Shown here: positions 18,201 through 25,626 of the stretch, piece after piece
Position numbering within the stretch: position 1 is the first letter of the stretch
Layout: the number at the start of each line of letters is the position of its first letter
DNA from: Erysipelothrix inopinata
GTDB lineage: Bacteria > Bacillota_I > Bacilli_A > Erysipelotrichales > Erysipelotrichaceae
DNA length: 32,000 nt
Assembly: GCF_014396165.1 (NCBI RefSeq)
Contig: NZ_CP060715.1
Coordinates: 1,440,001-1,472,000, forward strand
Direction of reading: 5' to 3'
Translations under genes and position numbers: made by a program
Notes under the pieces: model-generated
Told to the model about the DNA's origin: nothing
What the model saw: only the letters and a program-made list of their open reading frames with translations
The model's database searches: none

Positions 18201-21021
18201 AGAAGACGGACTTGGAACGAAATTCGTTGGTAATGAATTAATCACAGAAGACCAAACAGTTTATGCAATCTTTATCGCTAATCCTGTGAAGGTCACATTT
18301 ATTCATGGTGATAAGACCGATGTCGCAACCACAGATTACAACACAGCAGTGAAACCTGCAGATATTCCAACCGCTACAAAAGTAGGCCATACATTTAAAG
18401 AATGGAATACTCAAGAAGACGGTTTAGGAACGAAGTTTGTTGGAACTGAACTTATTACAGAAGATCAAACAGTCTATGCAATCTTTATCGCTAATCCTGT
18501 GAAGGTCACATTTATTCATGGTGATAAGACAGATGTCGCAACCACAGATTACAACACAGCAGTGAAACCTGCAGATATTCCAACCACTACAAAAGTAGGC
18601 CATACATTTAAAGAATGGAACACTCAAGAGGACGGACTTGGAACGAAATTTGTCGGTACAGAATTAATCACAGAAGACCAAACAGTCTATGCAATCTTTA
18701 TCGCTAATCCTGTGAAGGTCACATTTATTCATGGTGATAAGACCGATGTCGCAACCACAGATTACAACACAGCAGTGAAACCTGCAGATATTCCAACCGC
18801 TACAAAAGTAGGCCATACATTTAAAGAATGGAACACTCAAGAAGACGGACTTGGAACGAAGTTTGTTGGCACTGAACTTATTACAGAAGATCAAACAGTT
18901 TATGCAATCTTCATTGCAAACCCTGTTAAAGTCACATTTATTCATGGTGATAAAACAGATGTCGCAACCACAGATTACAATACAGCAGTGAAACCTGCAG
19001 ATATTCCAACCGCTACAAAAGTAGGCCATACATTTAAAGAATGGAATACTCAAGAAGACGGACTTGGAACGAAATTCGTTGGTAATGAATTAATCACAGA
19101 AGACCAAACAGTTTATGCAATCTTTATCGCTAATCCTGTGAAGGTCACATTTATTCATGGTGATAAGACCGATGTCGCAACCACAGATTACAACACAGCA
19201 GTGAAACCCGCAGATATTCCAACCGCTACAAAAGTGGGTCATACATTTAAAGAATGGAATACTCAAGAGGACGGACTTGGAACGAAATTTGTCGGTACAG
19301 AATTAATCACAGAAGATCAAACAGTCTATGCAATCTTTATCGCCAACCCTGTGAAAGTCACATTTATTCATGGTGATAAGACAGATGTCGCAACCACAGA
19401 TTACAACACAGCAGTGAAACCTGCTGACATTCCAACCGCTACAAAAGTGGGTCATACATTTAAAGAATGGAATACTCAAGAGGACGGACTTGGAACGAAA
19501 TTCGTTGGCACTGAACTTATTACAGAAGATCAAACAGTCTATGCAATCTTTATCGCTAATCCTGTGAAGGTCACATTTATTCATGGTGATAAGACCGATG
19601 TCGCAACCACAGATTACAACACAGCAGTGAAACCCGCAGATATTCCAACCGCTACAAAAGTGGGTCATACATTTAAAGAATGGAATACTCAAGAGGACGG
19701 ACTTGGAACGAAATTTGTCGGTACAGAATTAATCACAGAAGATCAAACAGTCTATGCAATCTTTATCGCCAACCCTGTGAAAGTCACATTTATTCATGGT
19801 GATAAGACAGATGTCGCAACCACAGATTACAACACAGCAGTGAAACCTGCTGACATTCCAACCGCTACAAAAGTGGGTCATACATTTAAAGAATGGAATA
19901 CTCAAGAGGACGGACTTGGAACGAAATTCGTTGGCACTGAACTTATTACAGAAGATCAAACAGTCTATGCAATCTTTATCGCTAATCCTGTGAAGGTCAC
20001 ATTTATTCATGGTAATAAGACCGATGTCGCAACCACAGATTACAATACAGCAGTGAAACCAGCTGACATTCCAACCGCTACAAAAGTAGGCCATACATTT
20101 AAAGAATGGAATACTCAAGAAGACGGACTTGGAACGAAGTATGTTGGCACTGAACTTATTACAGAAGATCAAACAGTCTATGCAATCTTCAATGTCAATC
20201 AATATATAGTGACATTCATTGATGGTTTAAAATCTTACACCGCAACAGTATCCTTCGATACGAAACTTGCTAAAGAACAAATTCCTACTGTTTCCAAGGT
20301 AGGCCATACCTTTAAGCAATGGAACTTTAATGTTGATGGAAGTGCAGATACATTCATCCCAGAAGATGCAAAAATTACTAAGAATATTACAGTTTACTCA
20401 ATCTATGAAATCAATGAAGTAGCAGTTACATTCATTGATGGCAAAACGACAACAGTTGTAAATACACTGTATAATACCAAATTAGACCAAACAAAAGTAC
20501 CTACTGCAACACTTGCAGGACATACTTTCAAAGAATGGAATACTCAAGAAGATGGCAAAGGAACTAGCTTTGAACCTAAAGAAGCAGTAATTACGGAAAA
20601 CATGACTGTTTATGCAATCTATGATGTTAATGAAGTTGCAGTAACGTTTGTTGATAGTCAAAACATGACTGTAGTAACAACTCTTTACAATACGAAGTTA
20701 GACCAAACAAAAGTTCCTATGGCAACACTTGCAGGTCATACATTCAAAGAATGGAATACTCAAGAAGATGGCAAAGGAACTGGCTTTGATCCAAAAGAAG
20801 CAGTGATAACAGAGAATATGACGGTTTATGCGATCTATACTAAAGATCCTGTTAAACCCGTTGACCCAGTTAAACCCGTAGATCCTGTGAAACCTACAGA
20901 TCCTACATTACCAACTACAGGTGTTAACAATAATCAATTCTCTATCTTGGCAGGAGGACTCCTATTATTCAGTGGAATCTTAACACTACTTAGAAAACGA
21001 GAAGATCGCAAAGAATCATAA
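15244..21021 (+). CDS. Giant LPXTG-anchored surface protein: signal peptide, about 12 DUF285/26-residue repeats, 17 Listeria-Bacteroides (Flg_new) repeats, Pro-rich stalk, LPTTG sorting signal
   Basis: The ATG at 15244 lies 6 nt after AAGGGAG. Signal peptide MNWKKTFSVLTISLLLAVSSVTAKA. Repeated NWDTSNVTDMSGMF-type units are followed by repeated GHTFKEWNTQEDGLGTKF units. The C-terminus has (DPVKPV)x3, LPTTG (20908-20922), a hydrophobic helix and an RKREDRKES tail. Confidence 0.92.
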   Translation: MNWKKTFSVLTISLLLAVSSVTAKAEELDDKNQLSEVPITESVQDEKATEDKSDEHSSQALGDDEIVDEKNSTKVEVEKETPQTNNIEEKAPEVQAAPKALADADPMRTFNIEDWKYNRNSDGVLSITGFKDDVNGISNIYIPSYVNVDGEDLRVQFNNLNMFIKSDFNKFRFQSVIFEAVGPSSNPSAKEKVLLGAYGNNTEVSLNKVFANHPILTYVDLTGLDVSKVVDLSGTFGGSLNIKTLNVSNWDTSNVTDMSGTFTDTQVLQHIDLSNWDVSKVKTMESMFRKSGIWELKVPNWNTSNVKTMSNMFSNMPSFYEFDFKNWNTSNVTDFSAMFAFTKGLEFIDLKALDTRSATTMAGMFYSMGAIQEIDVSSFDTKNVTDFSEMFAYNSIPKLNIDNFDTRSATTMESMFNNLKLLDSSGGGYGVIGHLNVSHFKMDNVETIYQMFYQSNLETLEVENWKVDNIKNANSAFYGMQNLNYINPGKWNTAGFEDIGQIFQGTYQLQYIDMTNWKINITDSYQKSNLFMLSQYLKSPLVVKTSDPYLLQYRYDKDFRTTVGPKKDAKDGKFSDGTTLKSLFDRYTIQDEGELIISAADYNSFMHDTPTPNNTLLSFKEWKYKDSDSKVHVFVDKTDATDMRNDSTLYEAQYEAHKLSVKFHIDENVTDVKTEYNTKVDQSKIPNTSKPGYTFKGWVYLNEPTKAFDPATVVIIEDTEVKAVYEINNVTVTFIHGDKTDTATTVYNTAVNPTDIPTATKVGHTFKEWNTQEDGLGTKFVGTEIITEDRTVYAIFTVDKVNVIFNDEGNVNVQQTDFGTALKTNQIPTPVGKEGHTFKEWNTQANGLGSKFVGTEIINEDISVYAIYTVNPVTVTFINGTKIDTATVDYNTAIKEADIPTATKVGHTFKEWNTQEDGLGTKFVGTELITEDQTVYAIFIANPVKVTFIHGDKTDVATTDYNTAVKPADIPTATKVGHTFKEWNTQEDGLGTKFVGNELITEDQTVYAIFIANPVKVTFIHGDKTDVATTDYNTAVKPADIPTATKVGHTFKEWNTQEDGLGTKFVGTELITEDQTVYAIFIANPVKVTFIHGDKTDVATTDYNTAVKPADIPTTTKVGHTFKEWNTQEDGLGTKFVGTELITEDQTVYAIFIANPVKVTFIHGDKTDVATTDYNTAVKPADIPTATKVGHTFKEWNTQEDGLGTKFVGTELITEDQTVYAIFIANPVKVTFIHGDKTDVATTDYNTAVKPADIPTATKVGHTFKEWNTQEDGLGTKFVGNELITEDQTVYAIFIANPVKVTFIHGDKTDVATTDYNTAVKPADIPTATKVGHTFKEWNTQEDGLGTKFVGTELITEDQTVYAIFIANPVKVTFIHGDKTDVATTDYNTAVKPADIPTATKVGHTFKEWNTQEDGLGTKFVGTELITEDQTVYAIFIANPVKVTFIHGDKTDVATTDYNTAVKPADIPTATKVGHTFKEWNTQEDGLGTKFVGTELITEDQTVYAIFIANPVKVTFIHGDKTDVATTDYNTAVKPADIPTATKVGHTFKEWNTQEDGLGTKFVGTELITEDQTVYAIFIANPVKVTFIHGNKTDVATTDYNTAVKPADIPTATKVGHTFKEWNTQEDGLGTKYVGTELITEDQTVYAIFNVNQYIVTFIDGLKSYTATVSFDTKLAKEQIPTVSKVGHTFKQWNFNVDGSADTFIPEDAKITKNITVYSIYEINEVAVTFIDGKTTTVVNTLYNTKLDQTKVPTATLAGHTFKEWNTQEDGKGTSFEPKEAVITENMTVYAIYDVNEVAVTFVDSQNMTVVTTLYNTKLDQTKVPMATLAGHTFKEWNTQEDGKGTGFDPKEAVITENMTVYAIYTKDPVKPVDPVKPVDPVKPTDPTLPTTGVNNNQFSILAGGLLLFSGILTLLRKREDRKES
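15895..16840 (+). repeat. About 12 degenerate 25-26-aa repeats (DUF285 / bacterial surface protein 26-residue repeat, BspA-like LRR)
   Basis: Recurrent pattern L/I-x-V/L-S-N-W-D/N-T-S-N-V-T/K-x-M/F-S-x-M-F with a period of about 78 nt. The repeats are conserved at protein level only. Confidence 0.75.
17215..20847 (+). repeat. In-frame tandem array of 17 units of about 213 bp (71 aa), Listeria-Bacteroides repeat (Flg_new) domains
   Basis: Each unit reads V-T/K-F...YNT...IPT..K.GHTFKEWNT..DG.G..F.....I.E...VYAI. The outer units are diverged and the inner units are near-identical. Confidence 0.92.
18070..20199 (+). repeat. Core of 10 near-identical 213-bp units, containing a perfect 426-bp tandem duplication
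   Basis: Exactly 10 x 213 nt. Units differ at only a handful of mostly synonymous positions. 19135-19560 and 19561-19986 are identical when read by eye. Confidence 0.9.
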
Positions 21022-21061
21022 ATCTTAATTTGATTTACGATGATAAGTTACTAAGATAAAG

Positions 21062-21089
21062 AAACTCTCTTATTAAGAGAGTTTTTTTT
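21062..21089 (+). terminator. Rho-independent terminator after the surface protein gene
   Basis: AAACTCTCTTA/TAAGAGAGTTT hairpin followed by a T-run of about 8. Confidence 0.85.
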
Positions 21090-21110
21090 GTTTAAATGGT
21101 TATTTTAAGT

Positions 21111-21133
21111 TCTTGCAAAGACTTGTTGCAAGA
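21111..21133 (+). promoter_or_regulatory. Inverted repeat TCTTGCAA-N7-TTGCAAGA upstream of the aldolase/PTS unit (candidate activator binding site)
   Basis: Perfect 8-bp arms separated by 7 nt, about 32 nt upstream of a TATAGT -10 element (21165-21170) that lacks a good -35. Confidence 0.35.
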
Positions 21134-21189
21134 GTTTGTGATGTAAGCCGTTTCAACTATTGTGTATAGTCTAGTCAGGAGGTGGAATT

Positions 21190-21816
21190 ATGTTAAGTCC
21201 AATTACAATGATTTTAAGAGGTTACAACCAAAATGAGGTTGCATGTGTAGCGGAAGTACTATTAAACAGTACTTATGTTAAAAACATGGAAATCACGATG
21301 AATACAGAAAATGCCTTGGAGATAATTGAATTTATTTCTAATGAATACGGTGAAAAACTTAATGTTGGTGCAGGTACTGTTCAAACATTTTCAGAACTAG
21401 AAGCTGTTGTTAAGGCAGGAGCAACGTTTGCGTTATCACCTCGAATGATGACACCAGAGATGTTAGCGTATTGTAAACGCCACAATATTTTATCAATTCC
21501 TGGTGCATTTACTGCAAGTGAAATTGCAGACTCTTACTATCAAGGAGGAGATGTCATCAAGATCTTCCCAGCAAATGAAGTCTCAATTAGCTACGCTAAT
21601 AAGGTGAAAGAACCGATGGGAAACATCCCATTAATGGCAGTAGGTGGCATTAATGCATCCAATGTCTTTGAAGCATTAGAAGGTGGTTACGATTACATTG
21701 GTACCGCTGGTGGCTTGTTTCGTAAAGTCGATATCAAAAATAAAGACAAAAATGCTATGATGGAGTCTCTAAAAATATTTGAGACAGAAGTCGCACGATT
21801 CTTTAACAAAAAGTAG
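21190..21816 (+). CDS. KDPG/KHG/KDPGal-family class I aldolase
   Basis: Family landmarks: PITMILRG, MEITMNT, GAGTV, FALSP, IPGAFTASE, the Schiff-base Lys context VIKIFPA, and AVGGI. RBS AGGAGG lies 7 nt upstream. Confidence 0.75.
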   Translation: MLSPITMILRGYNQNEVACVAEVLLNSTYVKNMEITMNTENALEIIEFISNEYGEKLNVGAGTVQTFSELEAVVKAGATFALSPRMMTPEMLAYCKRHNILSIPGAFTASEIADSYYQGGDVIKIFPANEVSISYANKVKEPMGNIPLMAVGGINASNVFEALEGGYDYIGTAGGLFRKVDIKNKDKNAMMESLKIFETEVARFFNKK

Positions 21817-21824
21817 GTGGTAAT

Positions 21825-23735
21825 ATGAGCGTTTCGAAACGACAAATTCGAATACTTGAAATACTAAGTAATCAAGATTCTTTCATGACTGTGAATGAGC
21901 TCGCTGATGAAATAAAAGTTTCTGTACGTACAGTTTATTATGATTTGGATCAAATTCAACTTATGATGCCAGATCAATTTGAACTTATACGTCGTCCGGG
22001 CCTTGGTGTTCGAGGTCAATGGAAAAAAACAATGACAGAAAAACTAACAACTCAGGAGTTTGATGATGAATATGTTTATATGCAAATATTTAAACAATTG
22101 GTTATCGATTCAAAAACAATTACAATTTTAAATCTCTCTTCTGAGTACTATGTTAGTACGACTTCGATAGTCGAACATTTAAGTCAAATCGAAAGTAAAG
22201 TTAGTTCAAGCTCTCAACTCCAACTTATTAGTGACCATCTTGGGACAAGAGTTCAGGGGTCAGAGTATCAACGTCAACAATTAATGATTGATTTTAATAA
22301 TCATATTCTTGAACAATTAGGACCGAATACGACCTTAGATCATTTTGCGGAAATGTTGAAGCGTTTTTATGACACAGATATTGTTGAAGCGGCTTCGAAT
22401 TTTCAGGAAGATATTAAGGAATTAAATCTGAGAATTGTGGCACCATATTATCAGTTTAATATCTTCAGTGTCTTGATTGTCATGATGCAAAGAATCCGAA
22501 ATAATTACCATATTGAATCTATCGAACACAATTCATCTGGTAAAAATATTTATGCACTAAACCATTATGTCATTGCACAAACTTTGTTCGAAAAAATGAA
22601 ATCAACAGTTATATTTGAGGAAACTGAATCCGATATTTATACATTGGCAGTTTATCTTCAAGGATATCGTTTAGAGTTTGAAACAATCCAACATGAATTT
22701 GTACATAGCTACCAAGATATAGCACGAGACTTAATTAAAAAAATGTCGCTGGCTATTAATGAAGATTTGACACAAGATGATTTATTACTAAATAACTTAT
22801 CGGTTCATTTGTATCATATGGACTATCGAATGAAACACAATATCATCATTAGAAATCCACTTTTGTCAGAAATTATTAAAGACTTTAGGCTGATGTACGA
22901 TCTTGTTTGGCTCATGATGGATACAGAAAATGAAATTAATATGCTTACTGTAACAGAAGATGAAGTTGGTTTTTTGTTACTCCACTTCCAAACGGCTTTG
23001 GATCGCAGACAAAGTAGTCGCATGATTTATGTTGTTTCACAAAATAGTTATGTCTCCCAAGACTTTATTCTTTCGAGAATACGAACTGTGGTATCGTCAC
23101 TTGATGTTATCAAGATCGTTGATCCAGAAGCTATTTTAAATGTTGATACGAATCAAATTGACCTAATTATATCAACAATACCACTAGAAACAATGGCAAC
23201 ACCTTATGCATTGGTGTCACCATTGATTACGAGTAATGACCTTTTGATTATTGCTCAAAAGTATCAAAATATGCTTACCACTACAACGTTTAAAGAAAAC
23301 AACACGTTTAATCACTATACCAATCCAAAGTTTATTTATTTTATGAAGGATGCTTCAAGTAAAGAAGAAATTCTTAACGAGATGTTAAGTGATCTTATCG
23401 AATTCGATTATATCGATGAGCGTTATGCAATCAGTGTCTGGACTCGAGAAAAAGAAGGTGGAACCTTTGTAGGTAATGCGACAGCAGTCCCACATGGTTC
23501 TATCAAGTATGTTAAAGAAACAATCATTCCCATTTGGATTAATAAAACACCCGTAAAATGGGGAGATAATAAAGTACAGATTGTATTTCTATATGCAATC
23601 TCAAATGATGATCTTAAGAATTCAAAAACAATAATTAAAAGTATTCTAAACTTCTTAAAAGATAATAAAAATCTTCCGAAAGAAGTGCAGTCTATGGATT
23701 TTAATACTTTTAAACATTTAGTATATGGAGGTTAA
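21825..23735 (+). CDS. PRD-domain transcriptional activator of the MtlR/LicR/ManR type (HTH, PRD, PRD, EIIB-like, EIIA-like)
   Basis: N-terminal wHTH RQIRILEILSNQDSFMTVNELADEIKVSVRTVYYDLDQI. The central region has PRD-like His contexts (LSVHLYHMDYRM, FLLLHFQTAL). The C-terminal EIIA(Mtl/Fru)-like domain has AVPHGS. It is 636 aa and contains no cysteine at all. Confidence 0.85.
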   Translation: MSVSKRQIRILEILSNQDSFMTVNELADEIKVSVRTVYYDLDQIQLMMPDQFELIRRPGLGVRGQWKKTMTEKLTTQEFDDEYVYMQIFKQLVIDSKTITILNLSSEYYVSTTSIVEHLSQIESKVSSSSQLQLISDHLGTRVQGSEYQRQQLMIDFNNHILEQLGPNTTLDHFAEMLKRFYDTDIVEAASNFQEDIKELNLRIVAPYYQFNIFSVLIVMMQRIRNNYHIESIEHNSSGKNIYALNHYVIAQTLFEKMKSTVIFEETESDIYTLAVYLQGYRLEFETIQHEFVHSYQDIARDLIKKMSLAINEDLTQDDLLLNNLSVHLYHMDYRMKHNIIIRNPLLSEIIKDFRLMYDLVWLMMDTENEINMLTVTEDEVGFLLLHFQTALDRRQSSRMIYVVSQNSYVSQDFILSRIRTVVSSLDVIKIVDPEAILNVDTNQIDLIISTIPLETMATPYALVSPLITSNDLLIIAQKYQNMLTTTTFKENNTFNHYTNPKFIYFMKDASSKEEILNEMLSDLIEFDYIDERYAISVWTREKEGGTFVGNATAVPHGSIKYVKETIIPIWINKTPVKWGDNKVQIVFLYAISNDDLKNSKTIIKSILNFLKDNKNLPKEVQSMDFNTFKHLVYGG

Positions 23736-23738
23736 TTT

Positions 23739-24179
23739 GTGATTCAAGATAGCATGATTCGTGTCAATCAACCCTATGAAAGTAAAGAAGAAATCTTCCT
23801 AGCTTTCGCACAAATGGCATATGATAGTGGTTTGATCAACGATAAAGAACAATATATAAAGGCTTTAAAACAACGGGAAGAAGTTCTACCAACCTCAGTT
23901 GGAAACGCAATCGCAATTCCTCATTGTCAAAGTAATGCAGTAAATGAACCGTTTGTTGGATTCATACGATTAAATAAATCCGTGGCTTGGGATGAAAATG
24001 AAGTAGCAAGTATGATATTTACAATTGCCATTCCAGAAGCAACTTCTGGTCAATTGCATTTGCGAACACTTGCAAAACTAAGTAGAAAATTAGTGAATCA
24101 GGATTTCGTTGATGCAATCCAAGCGGATACTGAAAAAAATATTTATGAAAAATTATTTGAAATACTTAAGGAGGACTAA
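23739..24179 (+). CDS. PTS EIIA component, fructose/mannitol (type 2) family
   Basis: 146 aa with phosphorylatable His context GNAIAIPHCQS. The GTG start at 23739 lies about 7 nt after GGAGG; an ATG at 23754 is an alternative. Confidence 0.85.
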   Translation: MIQDSMIRVNQPYESKEEIFLAFAQMAYDSGLINDKEQYIKALKQREEVLPTSVGNAIAIPHCQSNAVNEPFVGFIRLNKSVAWDENEVASMIFTIAIPEATSGQLHLRTLAKLSRKLVNQDFVDAIQADTEKNIYEKLFEILKED

Positions 24180-24181
24180 AT

Positions 24182-24493
24182 ATGAAAATTTTAGGAGTAA
24201 CTGCATGTCCAACGGGCATTGCACATACATATATGGCACAAGAAACACTTGAACAAGAATGTGCTAAAAGAGGTTTTGAATATAAAGTTGAAACTCAAGG
24301 TGGAATGGGAATTGAAAATGAACTTACTGAAGAAGATGTTGCATCTGCAGATGTTATTATTCTCGCAGTAAGTGTCGTAATTGAAGGTGAAGAACGTTTC
24401 GAAGGAAAGCCTGTTATTCACTCCGATGTAGATCGTGCAATTAAGGATGTTGTAAATCTTGTAGATGAAGCAATTGCACTTGTCGAGGCTTAA
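24182..24493 (+). CDS. PTS EIIB component, fructose-type
   Basis: 103 aa with the active-site Cys in ILGVTACPTGIAHTYMA, the hallmark of fructose-family IIB. Confidence 0.85.
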   Translation: MKILGVTACPTGIAHTYMAQETLEQECAKRGFEYKVETQGGMGIENELTEEDVASADVIILAVSVVIEGEERFEGKPVIHSDVDRAIKDVVNLVDEAIALVEA

Positions 24494-24494
24494 T

Positions 24495-25547
24495 ATGAAG
24501 AAAATCTTAAAAGATATTCAAAAACATTTATTAAGTGGTGTATCGTTCATGATGCCTGTTGTTGTAGCGGGTGGAGTTATTCTTGCGATTTCACTATTAG
24601 GAGCTGAACAAACAGCAAAAGGATTGGTTCCAACCAATCCAATCATGATCTACTTAAACCAACTGGGTAAAGCTGGTATGACAATGATGATTCCTGTATT
24701 TGCAGCATATATCGCATATTCGGCTGCAGGAAAACCAGGACTTACACCAGGATTCATCCTTGGATACATTGCAAACAGTGTTATTATGGTTAATGGTGTT
24801 GAAGTTAAATCTGGATTCTTAGGTGCTTTACTTCTTGGTCTGCTTGCAGGTTACATGGTAAATTGGATGAAAGGATGGAAGATTGCGAAAAATAAAACAC
24901 TTCGTTCAATCATGCCAATTCTCATCATGCCAATCTTTACAGTTCTTGTATTAGGACTTGCTTATTACTTTATTATTGCAATCCCAATTTCAGCTTTAGT
25001 TACGTGGTTAACCAATGTCATGACCGAATTGAATGGTGGAAGCAAAACGATATTCGCAATATTTATGGGAATCTTCGCTGAAATTGACTTTGGTGGACCC
25101 ATGACAAAGACAATTTCAATGTTTACATTAAGTATGATTAACGAAGGTGTTATGGAACCTAATGGTATCTTTAGAGTTCTTGTCGCTGTGCCACCACTTG
25201 GTATCTTCTTAGCTTCACTCATTGCTAAAAATAAATTTACTGAAGAAGAACGTGACAATGCGAAAGCAGTGGGTATTATTGGTGCTCTGGGTATTACTGA
25301 AGGTGCAATTCCATTTGCAATTAAAGATCCTAAAGCTGTCTATCCAGCATCTATTATTGGTTGTATTACTGCAGCTCTCATTGCTGCATATGGTAATGTA
25401 ACCTGTCCAGTACCTCACGGTGGATTTATTGTACTACCTGTTGTCGGTAACAAGATTTGGTTTGTTGTCGCTATTCTAGCAGGTGCTGCAGTAATGGCGA
25501 TTCTTCTGAAAATATTGAAGAAAGATGTTGTTGAAAGCGTTGCATAA
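24495..25547 (+). CDS. PTS EIIC component, fructose-like permease
   Basis: About 350 aa multi-TM protein starting MKKILKDIQKHLLSGVSFMMPVVVAGG, typical of Fru-family IIC. The ATG at 24495 lies 1 nt after the IIB stop. The track start at 24465 overlaps IIB and is unlikely. Confidence 0.85.
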   Translation: MKKILKDIQKHLLSGVSFMMPVVVAGGVILAISLLGAEQTAKGLVPTNPIMIYLNQLGKAGMTMMIPVFAAYIAYSAAGKPGLTPGFILGYIANSVIMVNGVEVKSGFLGALLLGLLAGYMVNWMKGWKIAKNKTLRSIMPILIMPIFTVLVLGLAYYFIIAIPISALVTWLTNVMTELNGGSKTIFAIFMGIFAEIDFGGPMTKTISMFTLSMINEGVMEPNGIFRVLVAVPPLGIFLASLIAKNKFTEEERDNAKAVGIIGALGITEGAIPFAIKDPKAVYPASIIGCITAALIAAYGNVTCPVPHGGFIVLPVVGNKIWFVVAILAGAAVMAILLKILKKDVVESVA

Positions 25548-25551
25548 TTTT

Positions 25552-25577
25552 AACCTCACAATTGTGAGGTTTTTTTT
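25552..25577 (+). terminator. Rho-independent terminator after the PTS unit
   Basis: AACCTCAC-AATT-GTGAGGTT hairpin followed by a T-run. Confidence 0.85.
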
Positions 25578-25626
25578 CTATTCTAATTGAAATTGTGGTT
25601 TAATACTTATATAGATAGGAGGCATT

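Noticed and set aside
18070-20199. A regularly spaced near-identical repeat array that might be mistaken for a CRISPR or other non-coding array
   Set aside because: The units are contiguous, with no unique spacers. They are 213 bp long, a multiple of three, and lie in frame inside a long ORF. They encode a known protein repeat domain. No cas genes are nearby.
17344-20202. A series of minus-strand ORFs (65-157 aa) encoding Cys-rich repeats such as MSIPFFKCMAYFCSGWNICRFHCC, superficially like a family of small secreted or Cys-rich peptides
   Set aside because: They are the antisense reading of the 213-bp coding repeat of the adhesin gene. Their periodicity and similarity simply mirror the plus-strand array. 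They have no RBSs, and the plus-strand frame is a single uninterrupted 5.8-kb ORF with clear domain homology.
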